DNA from: Candidatus Methylomirabilales bacterium
GTDB lineage: Bacteria; Methylomirabilota; Methylomirabilia; Methylomirabilales; CSP1-5
Length of the DNA: 64,000 nt
Direction of reading: 5' to 3'
NCBI GenBank assembly: GCA_046758505.1
Contig: JBHIAH010000001.1
Span: 94,677 to 158,676, forward strand
Below the pieces are notes generated by a model that ran no database searches, was not told the DNA's origin, and saw only the letters and a program-made list of their open reading frames with translations. Positions 55,770 through 64,000 of this stretch are shown here, in pieces (the first letter of the stretch is position 1; every line of letters starts with the position of its first letter). The position numbers and the translations under genes were made by a program.

Positions 55770-58199
55770 TTAGATCAAGGCGCTCTCGAGGACGATTCCG
55801 CGATCCAGGGCGCGCACCCCGGCCCGAAGTTCCCCCCCGACCGTCGGTGGAAGCGCGGCGGACTCGAGAAGCTGCCGCGCAAGATCGATGAGGCGCCGAA
55901 AGGCCCGGATCAAATCTCCCTCATGCCCTCCATACTGGCCCTCGACCAAGGTGACCCAGTCCTCCTCCCCTGCCGCCCACTCATACGCGGCCGGTAGGTA
56001 GGTCGTGTGCATGGAGACCGGGAGGAAGACACAATGGGCCTGCTGGGTGTCCGCCACCTCCCGGGCCAGCATCTCGAGCTGGCGCACCCGGTCGCGCAGA
56101 TGCCGCTCACGCTTGAGAAGCTGTCGGGCAAAGCGGGCCTCGGTCTCGCGAGGCTCCTCCACCAGGCACGAGAGGATGGCCACCATCTCAGGCGCCCTGA
56201 GCCCGTTCAGCACGCCCGAAAAGACCACCCGAGCAACCAAGAGCTCATTGTCGTGGCGCAGGGACGCGACCAGCATCCCTTCGGCGGTGAGGGCCCCGTC
56301 CCGGAGGTAGCCGAAGTGCTTGAGGACCTCCACGACCCGCAGGAACTGCTGCCAGTACGTGTTCCTGAGATGCTCCAGCGTCCTTACCCGGCCCTGAATC
56401 ATTTCTTGCAGCCGCCGCTCCCGCTTGAGGGCCTTTTCCAGCCGCCGCCGCTCCGGGCACCGGTGACAGGGAAGCGCGGCGAGGGCGAGCGCCCTTTCCT
56501 CGATCGTTCTCTTGAGTGACAGGTAGTCTTGGACCGAGCCGGCCTCTCCCTCGGCCTCGCCGCCAAAGAAATGTCTCCGCCGCCTCCGCCCCCGCCGGGC
56601 ATGCTGGCGCTCTACTCTCCGGAACTGATCGAGCCTCTGCTGCAGCGTCTCCAGCTCGTGACGCCTCTCTTGATAGGTAAGCAATTCCTCCCGGGTGCAA
56701 CAGGGTATTTCCACGCGGCGACCCGGCTCACGCCTGCCCCTGAGTTCGACGAGCTCCTGCTCGATCGCCTGGATCCGCTTCCGATTCTGAAACTGACCGA
56801 AGCTGGATTCGATATTGTGCCGGATATCCTCGGGACGTTCAAAGGTGAGAACCAGCAGGGCGGCGGAGCTATACCCGATGCGGAACCGACTCTCGATGGC
56901 CTCCGATTTCTTTCGGATGAGGTGGAGTGTCTCCTCGACGCCCTCCGGTGCGTCGAGAGCGATGATGCATTCGCCTTCGGGGTCGATCCCGCGGCGACCG
57001 GCGCGGCCGGCCATCTGGATCAGCTCATTGTGGCTCAAGATCCGGAAGCCGTAATCGCTCCGTTTGACCAGCGCCTGAAGCACGACGCTCTTGGCCGGCA
57101 TGTGGATCCCGAGGCTCATCGTCTCGGTGGCAAAGACCACCTGAATCAGCCCCCGTTCGAACAGGGTCTCTGTGAGTCGCTTCAGGGCGGGCAGGATTCC
57201 GGCATGGTGCACCCCTGCGCCCCGGCGGAGCCCATCGAAGATCAGCTCGTTGAGTTCCGACTTGGTCACCAGGGTCGGATTCTCGCTCACAAAGGTCGCG
57301 ATCGCCTCGCCGACCTCCTGGTGTTCGCGGCCCGCCGAGAGGGAGACGCCCTCCTCGAGGAACCGTCGGAGGGCCGCTTCACACCCGACCCGGCTGAAGA
57401 TGAAGTAGATGGCCGGAAGCCACCGCCTGTTCTTCAGACTCGGCAGAAGGACCGACGGGCTCACCCGGCGCCGGACCGGCCGCCGCCGTCGGTCCCGATG
57501 CTCGCGCCCCCGCAGGCGAACCCGAGGGAGACGACGCCAGGACCTGACGGCCTGATGGACCTGAGCCCGGGAGCACCCATCGACCTCGACCATTTCCCCC
57601 TCGGGACCGCAGAGGTGGTAGTGAAGCGGGACAGGGCGCCACTGATGCACGACTGTCCGAATGGGGCCGTGGACCTCGGTGACCCACTCCGCGATCTCGT
57701 CGATGTTCCCCACCGTGGCCGAGAGAGCGATGAGCTGGATCTCGCGGGGGCAATTGATAATGATCTCTTCCCACACCGTCCCCCGCCCCTCGTCCCCCAT
57801 GTAGTGGCACTCATCCAGAACCACGTAGGCGATCTCGTCCAGCGAGCGCGTGTACAGCTTGTTGCGGAGGATCTCGGTGGTCATGACCACCAGGGGGGCG
57901 CCCGGGTTGACCTTGACATCTCCGGTGAGGATCCCCACGAACTCCTCGCCGTACTGCTTGCAGAAGTCGGCAAACTTCTGATTGCTTAGGGCCTTGAGCG
58001 GGGTCGTGTAGGCCAGGCGCGTCCCCGTGGCCAGCGCCTTGTAAATGGCGAACTCGGCAATGAGGGTCTTTCCGGCCCCGGTCGGGGCAGAGACGATGAC
58101 CGAGTCCCCCTCTAGGATGTACCGAATCGCCTCCCCTTGAAAGGGATCCAGGGGAAAGGGATAGCGGAGACGGAAGCTTTCTAAGAGTGCTGTATCCAT
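55770..58199 (-). CDS. Ski2-like DExH RNA helicase (HelY-like)
   Basis: APTGAGKT, TTPLKALSNQK, DECH, SAT, HHAG, QMAGRAGRRG; DSHCT-like C-terminus. Confidence 0.92.
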   Translation of the reverse strand: MDTALLESFRLRYPFPLDPFQGEAIRYILEGDSVIVSAPTGAGKTLIAEFAIYKALATGTRLAYTTPLKALSNQKFADFCKQYGEEFVGILTGDVKVNPGAPLVVMTTEILRNKLYTRSLDEIAYVVLDECHYMGDEGRGTVWEEIIINCPREIQLIALSATVGNIDEIAEWVTEVHGPIRTVVHQWRPVPLHYHLCGPEGEMVEVDGCSRAQVHQAVRSWRRLPRVRLRGREHRDRRRRPVRRRVSPSVLLPSLKNRRWLPAIYFIFSRVGCEAALRRFLEEGVSLSAGREHQEVGEAIATFVSENPTLVTKSELNELIFDGLRRGAGVHHAGILPALKRLTETLFERGLIQVVFATETMSLGIHMPAKSVVLQALVKRSDYGFRILSHNELIQMAGRAGRRGIDPEGECIIALDAPEGVEETLHLIRKKSEAIESRFRIGYSSAALLVLTFERPEDIRHNIESSFGQFQNRKRIQAIEQELVELRGRREPGRRVEIPCCTREELLTYQERRHELETLQQRLDQFRRVERQHARRGRRRRRHFFGGEAEGEAGSVQDYLSLKRTIEERALALAALPCHRCPERRRLEKALKRERRLQEMIQGRVRTLEHLRNTYWQQFLRVVEVLKHFGYLRDGALTAEGMLVASLRHDNELLVARVVFSGVLNGLRAPEMVAILSCLVEEPRETEARFARQLLKRERHLRDRVRQLEMLAREVADTQQAHCVFLPVSMHTTYLPAAYEWAAGEEDWVTLVEGQYGGHEGDLIRAFRRLIDLARQLLESAALPPTVGGELRAGVRALDRGIVLESALI

Positions 58200-58357
58200 C
58201 GGTGCTCGGCGGCGCTCCTTTTATACTGCCCCGAACAGTGTACCACACATACCGGGAGGCGGGAATTGGCACGGATCCCGGGCAAGGCCAAACGGGGGAG
58301 CCGGCTTGGGCGAAACCCCTTGGCTTTTCCTCAGGAATCTGTTATGCGTGGGGGGCT

Positions 58358-59344
58358 ATGGACTACCAGAACCTGTCAGAAAAGAGCCTCAAGGGAGAGG
58401 TCCTCAGCCGAGAGGAGATGCGGAGCGTCCTCACCGCACCGGCCGAGGACATTCCCCCGCTCCTGCAGGCGGCCTTCCGGGTCCGAGAGCATTTCTGCGG
58501 GCGGAAGGTCCACCTGCACATGCTGACGAACGCCAGAAGCGGCCTCTGCCCGGAGGACTGCCACTACTGCTCGCAGTCCGCGATTTCGAAAGCGCCCATC
58601 CCCAAGTACCCCCTCCTCTCCCGCGCGCAACTCGTGGAGGGCGCCTATCGGGCGAAGGCGGCCCGGGCCGTCCGCTACTGCATCGTGACGAGCGGCCGCG
58701 GCCCGACCGACCAGGATATCGATAGGCTCGCCTCCATTGTCCGGGACATCCGGGACCGGGTGGAGATCAATCTCTGCTGCTCGCTTGGCCTCATGACCGA
58801 GGAGCAGGCAAGATCCCTCAAGGCCGCCGGGGTGGAGCGCGTGAACCACAACCTGAACACCAGTCGGCGCTTTCACCCCGCCATCTGCACCACCCACACC
58901 TACGACGACCGGGTCCGAACCGTCGAGAGTGTCCGGCGGGCGGGGTTGAGCACGTGCTGTGGCGGCATCGTCGGCATGGGGGAGAGGGACGAGGACCTCA
59001 TTGATCTGGCTCTGAGCCTCCGGGAGCTCGACGTAGCCTCGATCCCGGTCAACTTCCTCCATCCCATTCCCGGCACCCCACTTGAGGGGTCCCAACAGCT
59101 CACCCCCGAACGCTGCCTCAAGACCCTCTGTCTCTTTCGCCTGGTCAATCCGGCCAAAGAGATCCGGGTTGCGGGCGGCCGGGAACTGAACCTCGGGCCA
59201 CAGCAACATCTGGCCCTGTATCCTGCCAACTCCCTCTTCGTGGACGGCTACCTCACCACGCCCGGCCAGTCCGCCGCCGACACCCACCGGATGATCGAGG
59301 CCCACGGCTTCGACATCGCCGACTCCGTCCCTCCCCTCTCCTAG
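58358..59344 (+). CDS. bioB: Biotin synthase
   Basis: CPEDCHYCSQS, NHNLNTS, CCGGIVGMGE, PVNFL, RVAGGRE, ANS. Confidence 0.96.
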   Translation: MDYQNLSEKSLKGEVLSREEMRSVLTAPAEDIPPLLQAAFRVREHFCGRKVHLHMLTNARSGLCPEDCHYCSQSAISKAPIPKYPLLSRAQLVEGAYRAKAARAVRYCIVTSGRGPTDQDIDRLASIVRDIRDRVEINLCCSLGLMTEEQARSLKAAGVERVNHNLNTSRRFHPAICTTHTYDDRVRTVESVRRAGLSTCCGGIVGMGERDEDLIDLALSLRELDVASIPVNFLHPIPGTPLEGSQQLTPERCLKTLCLFRLVNPAKEIRVAGGRELNLGPQQHLALYPANSLFVDGYLTTPGQSAADTHRMIEAHGFDIADSVPPLS

Positions 59345-59381
59345 TCCACAAAAACCCGTCCCCTGTTCCCCACACTCCCTC

Positions 59382-59410
59382 TTGACTAGAGCAAGGAATC
59401 CTTGTATCCT
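59382..59410 (+). promoter_or_regulatory. TA promoter with an internal operator palindrome
   Basis: TTGACT-17-TATCCT with the inverted repeat CAAGGA-A-TCCTTG (59392-59404) between the boxes. Confidence 0.6.
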
Positions 59411-59430
59411 TACTTTAGGAGGACCAAGCG

Positions 59431-59670
59431 ATGTTGGCGAAGAAAACATCCAAGAATCAGATCACGTTGCCGAAGGCCATCGTTCGGCAGCTCCCCGACG
59501 TCGAGTATTTTGAGGTCTCCCTCAGGGACGGTGAGGTGGTCTTGAAGCCGGTAGAGGTGACCGCTTCGGGCGATCGCCTGAAGGCCGTGCGCGCAAAAAT
59601 CAAAGCCCTGGGACTAACGGAGAAGGACATTGAGGATGCGATTCGCTGGGCCCGAGGCCGTCGGGGCTGA
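59431..59670 (+). CDS. AbrB/MazE-family antitoxin
   Basis: TSKNQITLPK; overlaps the PIN gene. Confidence 0.88.
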   Translation: MLAKKTSKNQITLPKAIVRQLPDVEYFEVSLRDGEVVLKPVEVTASGDRLKAVRAKIKALGLTEKDIEDAIRWARGRRG

Positions 59671-60077
59671 TGCGCGTCGTTCTGGATACGAACACCTTCA
59701 TTTCCGCCCTCCTCTTCTCTGGCACCGCGTCTCGCGTCGTCCCCCTGTGGCAATCCCGAAGCATTACCCTCTTAATCTCGAAGGCGATACTTCAGGAGTA
59801 CCTCCGGGCCCTCGCCTATCCAAAGTTCCGGTTAAGCGACCAAGAGATCAGGGGAGTAATTGAGGAAAAACTGCTGCCCTCCGTTGAGACAGTCCAGGTC
59901 AAGAAGCACCTCACGGTTGTCCTGCGTGACCCTGAGGACAACAAGTTTCTGGAGTGTGCCGTTGCCGGCCGGGCGAAGTATCTCGTGACTGGCGACCGGG
60001 ACCTCTTGGAGCTGGGCTCTTACCGTGGCATCATGATCCTACCCGTCGGGGAGTTCTTACACCGGATCAACGTTTAA
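59670..60077 (+). CDS. PIN domain toxin (PIN_3 type)
   Basis: RVVLDTN, RDPEDNKFLECAV, VTGDRDLL. Confidence 0.92.
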   Translation: MRVVLDTNTFISALLFSGTASRVVPLWQSRSITLLISKAILQEYLRALAYPKFRLSDQEIRGVIEEKLLPSVETVQVKKHLTVVLRDPEDNKFLECAVAGRAKYLVTGDRDLLELGSYRGIMILPVGEFLHRINV

Positions 60078-60134
60078 CGCGTAGAGCGGCTTAATCACAC
60101 ACAGGGACAATTAGTCCAAAGGAGAGAGGTTCCA

Positions 60135-60380
60135 ATGCGCCGGAAGCGCCGCATCCTCAGGCTTCCTGTTCCTTCCGAACTTGCAGAAGAATTTATGGGT
60201 CTAGCTAGGAAGCTCGGCAAGACCAAAGCAGACCTTTTACGCGAAATGCTCAACGTTTATAAGGCGAGGCAGCAGGAAGAGGAGTTGTATCGACTTCAGC
60301 GCCGTATTTCTAGCCAACTGAACCGAGCGACGCCATTCACGGAGAGGGAGATCGACCGAATCGTATTTGAAGACCGCTAA
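60135..60380 (+). CDS. Ribbon-helix-helix (CopG-like) orphan antitoxin
   Basis: RLPVPSELAEEF..LARKLGKTKADLLREML. Confidence 0.7.
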   Translation: MRRKRRILRLPVPSELAEEFMGLARKLGKTKADLLREMLNVYKARQQEEELYRLQRRISSQLNRATPFTEREIDRIVFEDR

Positions 60381-60502
60381 ATTGCCGAGTCGGAGGTTGG
60401 GGAGGCAATAGCTTCCCGAGACGGAGCGCGAGCGAGAATCTCCAGCGAATCCGACTGACTATCCATTTTGGCGTACAAGGAGATCAGGGCGACTATCTTA
60501 CG

Positions 60503-60739
60503 CTAGGCCAGGGACATGACTTCGACTTGGAGGCGCCTTTTTCTGGCGTCGTCCACAAGCGCTTCAATGCGCTCAGCAACGTCATCGGCAATCCGATCTG
60601 CACCACACTGGGAGCAGACCGTCGCGGGCACATCCCTCACGACAACCACCCCAAAACCTAGATCTGCTGTAAATGTCGTGGTCCCTGGCTTCTTCGTCCC
60701 ACCACAAAGGGGGCAATTGTTGTCCGCGCTACCTTTCAC
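60503..60739 (-). CDS. YgiT/MqsA-type zinc-finger antitoxin
   Basis: CPLCGG...VVVRDVPATVCSQCG. Confidence 0.85.
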   Translation of the reverse strand: MKGSADNNCPLCGGTKKPGTTTFTADLGFGVVVVRDVPATVCSQCGADRIADDVAERIEALVDDARKRRLQVEVMSLA

Positions 60740-60848
60740 GGCTTCCTCCTGGTCTGGTGATATGACGTTCTGCCATTCGCTCCAACGCGTGACGTTGCCA
60801 ATCGATACGTCGACTACGAATCGCCCCCCGCACCCGGTCTAAGTCCAG
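60729..60848 (-). pseudogene. Truncated DUF4258-like toxin remnant
   Basis: LDLDRVRGAIRSRRIDWQRHALERMAERHITR followed quickly by a stop; directly upstream of the YgiT-type antitoxin; no canonical start. Confidence 0.6.
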
Positions 60849-61032
60849 GCTCTCTCCCGTCTCTCCTCATATTTTCCCGTGCCCGGGGACCCACATCGGC
60901 CCACAAGGCTCGAAGTCATATGGCCTTTATGAGTTCCAACCGTGACCTTAATTAATAATTAATATTATCAAACTCCGGGCATAATTGCACTTCCGGGCTA
61001 GTTAGGCCCTGCGATGGACAACAAACCGTGAC

Positions 61033-61526
61033 TTACTTTGTCCGTAACCCTGAGGTGAGGGAGAGGCGGAGGCGCAGGAGGGCGAAGAGGAAGCGGCCGA
61101 AGGCGCTATTCTGCCCGGGAAGGACGCCGAGCTGGGTCAACAGGGAGAGGCCGTCCATGTAGATCCGCTCCCCAAGCGCCTTCCCATCCTTCATGGGAAA
61201 CACCACCACCCCCTTGATCTCGCCCCTCCTCCCCGTGGGCGGGATGCCTCGAAAGGTCCCGGTGTGTGTCCCGCGAAAGGTCATCTCATAGATGACGCAC
61301 GATTCGTCCGCGACCCGATTGGTCACGACATAGGTGAAGTCCGGGAACCCCCCCAGAGTTCCTGATAGTACTCGGCGATTTCGGCCTTGCCCTGGACAGG
61401 CTTATCCAGGAGGCTCTCTTCGTAGACGGAGTCCTCTACTAAGGTTCAAAGGAGCCGGTCCATCTCCCTCTTAGCCTCGGCCTCCAGATGCTCTTCTGCG
61501 GTCTGAATGTTCTCTTCGACCGACAT
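61033..61526 (-). pseudogene. SnoaL-like ester cyclase pseudogene
   Basis: In-frame TGA at 61446-61448 and a frameshift in the G7 tract (61348-61354); FPDF...GTHTGTFRGIPPTGR motif. Confidence 0.78.
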
Positions 61527-61595
61527 CTCTGCCTCCCCTTTCTCTCTGGGGGTAGCCTCCCTCGACAGCGTCATCCTTGGACCAAGCGAAGCCGC

Positions 61596-62099
61596 TTACC
61601 GAAATCGTTTCGTCGGGGTGCCAAGCCGTTTCAGTGCACGCTGGGCGGCGCGGGCCTTCTTGGGAAGCCGGCGAGGATTGCCCCTTTTCGGAGCAGGACG
61701 GGGATCGTCCTCTTCGTCCTTGTCCGGGATAGGGGGCGCAAGGATGCGGGCGAGAAACTCATCGGTGGTGACTGCGATAGCCCCTGCATGGTCGGCCGCC
61801 CGGCGGACCTCGTGATCATTTGAGACCACGGCCACACCCGGGGTGGCCATTCGCGCGAGGACATGATCGGCGCTCTCCGGAGCGCGAGAGAAGACGACGC
61901 GGACCCGTCCGCTGCTCACCGCCGTCCCGCCTCCGCGGGTCCCGTCGAACACCACGGTGAACTGATCGCCCGACGCCCGGGCGGCTGCGGCCAGCATGCG
62001 GCAGAGTGCGTAGCGCCCCACCTGCAGGCTCACCTGCTCGCGCGCCGACAGCCCGGGTTCCCGGCGGATCACGTTGTAGCCGTCCACCAGCCACCGCAT
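61596..62099 (-). CDS. NYN domain (YacP-like) ribonuclease
   Basis: LVDGYNV, VVFDG, SAD, VVSND. Confidence 0.85.
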   Translation of the reverse strand: MRWLVDGYNVIRREPGLSAREQVSLQVGRYALCRMLAAAARASGDQFTVVFDGTRGGGTAVSSGRVRVVFSRAPESADHVLARMATPGVAVVSNDHEVRRAADHAGAIAVTTDEFLARILAPPIPDKDEEDDPRPAPKRGNPRRLPKKARAAQRALKRLGTPTKRFR

Positions 62100-62180
62100 C
62101 GCATCCCTATTCTACACCACAGCGCGACCCCATCCAATCGCGCGCGGCGGGGTGCACCCGTGGCAAGCCCGATTGCATTG

Positions 62181-63683
62181 CTATTCCGCGGCCTTTTGGA
62201 GCAGATGTTTGGGGACCAGAAGCTTCTCCAGCCCCTCGAAGGCCCATTCGGTCAGGATCGCCAGGATGGCGGCCGGGATCGCGCCTTCCATGATCAGGGA
62301 AACATCGTTCAGGGCCAGTCCCGTGACGATCGGCTCCCCCAAGCCCCCCGCCCCGATAAAGGCGGCCAAGGTGGCCGTGCCGATGTTGATGACAGCGGCG
62401 GTCTTGATGCCGGCGAGGATCGTCGGCGCCGCCAGGGGCAGCTCGACGTACCGCAGGCGCTGCCATGGGGTCAGGCCCATCCCGACCGAGACTTTCTTCA
62501 GCACCGGGTCGATTGAAAAGAGGGCGGCGACCGTGTTTCTCAGAATAGGGAGCAGGGCGTACAGAAAGAGCGCCACGATGGCCGGCTTCGCCCCGATGCC
62601 GAACAGGGGAATCATAAAGGCCAGCAGGGCGATCGAGGGGATGGTTTGCAACAACCCCGCGATGTACATCGCCGGCCGGGAGATCATGCGGAGCCGGTAC
62701 GCCAGGATGCCCACGGGGATGGCAACGCCCATGCCTCCCAGGAGCGAGATGAGGGTGAGCTTCAGATGGGTGATCGTCCGGTGAAACAGGGTGATCCATT
62801 TGCTCCCGCCCGCGATACCCCGCCCACCGTGCAGCAGCCCCTTGTCGCTGAGGAAACCATGCGCAACCTCCGCAAAACTCTTCTTCTCCAGCACGACCCT
62901 TGCATTGAGCGCGCGCATTTCAGCCGCGGTCATCGCGCCTGCCAGGTTCCCGAGCATACGCTTGATCCGCTCATCCAGCCCCCCCCGGACCAAGGGGGCT
63001 GCCAGGTACTGGGGAAAGTAACGCCGGTCGTCTTCCAAGAGGACAAGATCGAATTTCTTGATGTCGCCATCTGTGGAGTAGACGTCCGTCACATCCAGCG
63101 TGTTCTCGCGGATCGCTTGATAGGCAAGCCCATGTTCGATCGCCACGGGCCGCGCAGCGAGCCCATAGGTTCGTGCCAGGCCCGGCCACCCGTCGTGCCG
63201 GTTGAGGAACTCATAGCTGAAGCCAAAACGCAGATCGCGGAATTTGGCGAGATCACTGATCGTTTTCAACCCGCGCACCTGCGCGAGGCTTTTGCTGAGC
63301 GCGATCGCATAGGTATTGCTGAATCCGAAAGAGTCGAGGAGATTCAGGTCAAACCGGCGTTTCAGGGTATCTCGCAGTTCGGCATAGGAAACGCGACGGG
63401 GTAACTTCAGAATCGCCTGTTCCAGGGTCCCGGAATACTCCGGGTAGATGTCAATCTGGCCATGGGTGAGCGCCCGAAAACAGATCAGCGTCCCGCCGAG
63501 GCCAAACTTTCTCTCGACCGAGACGCCACGATCCTCGAGCAGTTGTGCGATGATCTCCGCCAGGATATAGCCTTCATTGAAATGTTTCGAACCAACCACA
63601 ACAGTCTCGCCTCCGGCGAGATCTGCCGCTCCAACCAAGAGAAAGATCAGCAGCAGGACCATCAGGACGCGCATGACCGTCAC
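62181..63683 (-). CDS. Osmoprotectant (glycine betaine/choline-type) ABC transporter, fused substrate-binding protein and permease
   Basis: VGSKHFNE, YPEYSGT, FPQY; QTIPSIALL, GMGLT, IGAGGLG. Confidence 0.9.
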   Translation of the reverse strand: MTVMRVLMVLLLIFLLVGAADLAGGETVVVGSKHFNEGYILAEIIAQLLEDRGVSVERKFGLGGTLICFRALTHGQIDIYPEYSGTLEQAILKLPRRVSYAELRDTLKRRFDLNLLDSFGFSNTYAIALSKSLAQVRGLKTISDLAKFRDLRFGFSYEFLNRHDGWPGLARTYGLAARPVAIEHGLAYQAIRENTLDVTDVYSTDGDIKKFDLVLLEDDRRYFPQYLAAPLVRGGLDERIKRMLGNLAGAMTAAEMRALNARVVLEKKSFAEVAHGFLSDKGLLHGGRGIAGGSKWITLFHRTITHLKLTLISLLGGMGVAIPVGILAYRLRMISRPAMYIAGLLQTIPSIALLAFMIPLFGIGAKPAIVALFLYALLPILRNTVAALFSIDPVLKKVSVGMGLTPWQRLRYVELPLAAPTILAGIKTAAVINIGTATLAAFIGAGGLGEPIVTGLALNDVSLIMEGAIPAAILAILTEWAFEGLEKLLVPKHLLQKAAE

Positions 63684-63689
63684 CCGGCG

Positions 63690-64000
63690 CTACGCCTCGA
63701 GTTGAGACTGAAAAAAGCTTCGGATGAACCCGGTTGCCGGATTTTCCAAAACCTCTTCGCACCTCCCGTGCTGCAGGAGGCATCCGTGGTCCAGGACGAC
63801 AAGGTACTGTGCGAGCTTGAGGGCCTCTCGAAGGTCGTGGGTGACCAAGACGATGGTCCGTGCTTCCGAGTGCTGCAAATGCAGAAACTCCCCGTGGATT
63901 TCGGTGCGCGTGATGGGGTCGAGAGCCCCGAAGGGTTCATCGAGCAGAAAGATCTGAGGATTCAATATCATGGCGCGACAGAGGCCTACCCGCTGCTGCT
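63690..64000 (-). CDS. Osmoprotectant ABC transporter ATP-binding subunit (5' end outside the window)
   Basis: LLDEPFGALDPITR, VTHD. Confidence 0.88.
   Translation of the reverse strand, partial: QQRVGLCRAMILNPQIFLLDEPFGALDPITRTEIHGEFLHLQHSEARTIVLVTHDLREALKLAQYLVVLDHGCLLQHGRCEEVLENPATGFIRSFFQSQLEA

Noticed and set aside
61446..61448. Selenocysteine readthrough at the TGA in the SnoaL-like gene
   Set aside because: Not at a Cys-motif position, no evident SECIS, and a frameshift follows.

Overview
A GC-rich bacterial chromosome segment. Gene content and order suggest Methylomirabilota (NC10/Rokubacteria-like), but this is inference. The housekeeping core is mqnD (partial), ligA, a PyrR-attenuated pyrR-pyrB-pyrC-carA-(tautomerase)-carB-pyrK-pyrD operon, a class-V aminotransferase-serA-hisZ-purA operon, bioB, ccr, a HelY-like helicase, tRNA-Lys(TTT), tRNA-Glu(TTC) and an osmoprotectant ABC transporter. 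Main signals: (1) an apparent sphingolipid system spread over the window: an SDR-spt-GNAT operon matching the CerR/Spt/bCerS ceramide pathway, a convergent Aur1/IPC-synthase-like PAP2 gene, an AT-richer islet with a fused NTP-transferase/CDP-alcohol phosphotransferase plus a PfkB kinase, a secreted neutral ceramidase and a START-domain protein; (2) a TlpA-like selenoprotein (UxxC with a SECIS-like hairpin) that the ORF track splits in two; (3) pervasive 7-bp tandem repeats with inverted arms, intergenic and also inserted in frame into pyr enzymes; (4) unexplained structured non-coding elements (a 189-nt element with perfect 18-bp terminal inverted repeats, a 58-bp dispersed repeat, a terminator-containing leader); (5) a tRNA-bounded islet of small proteins and a decaying toxin-antitoxin cluster.
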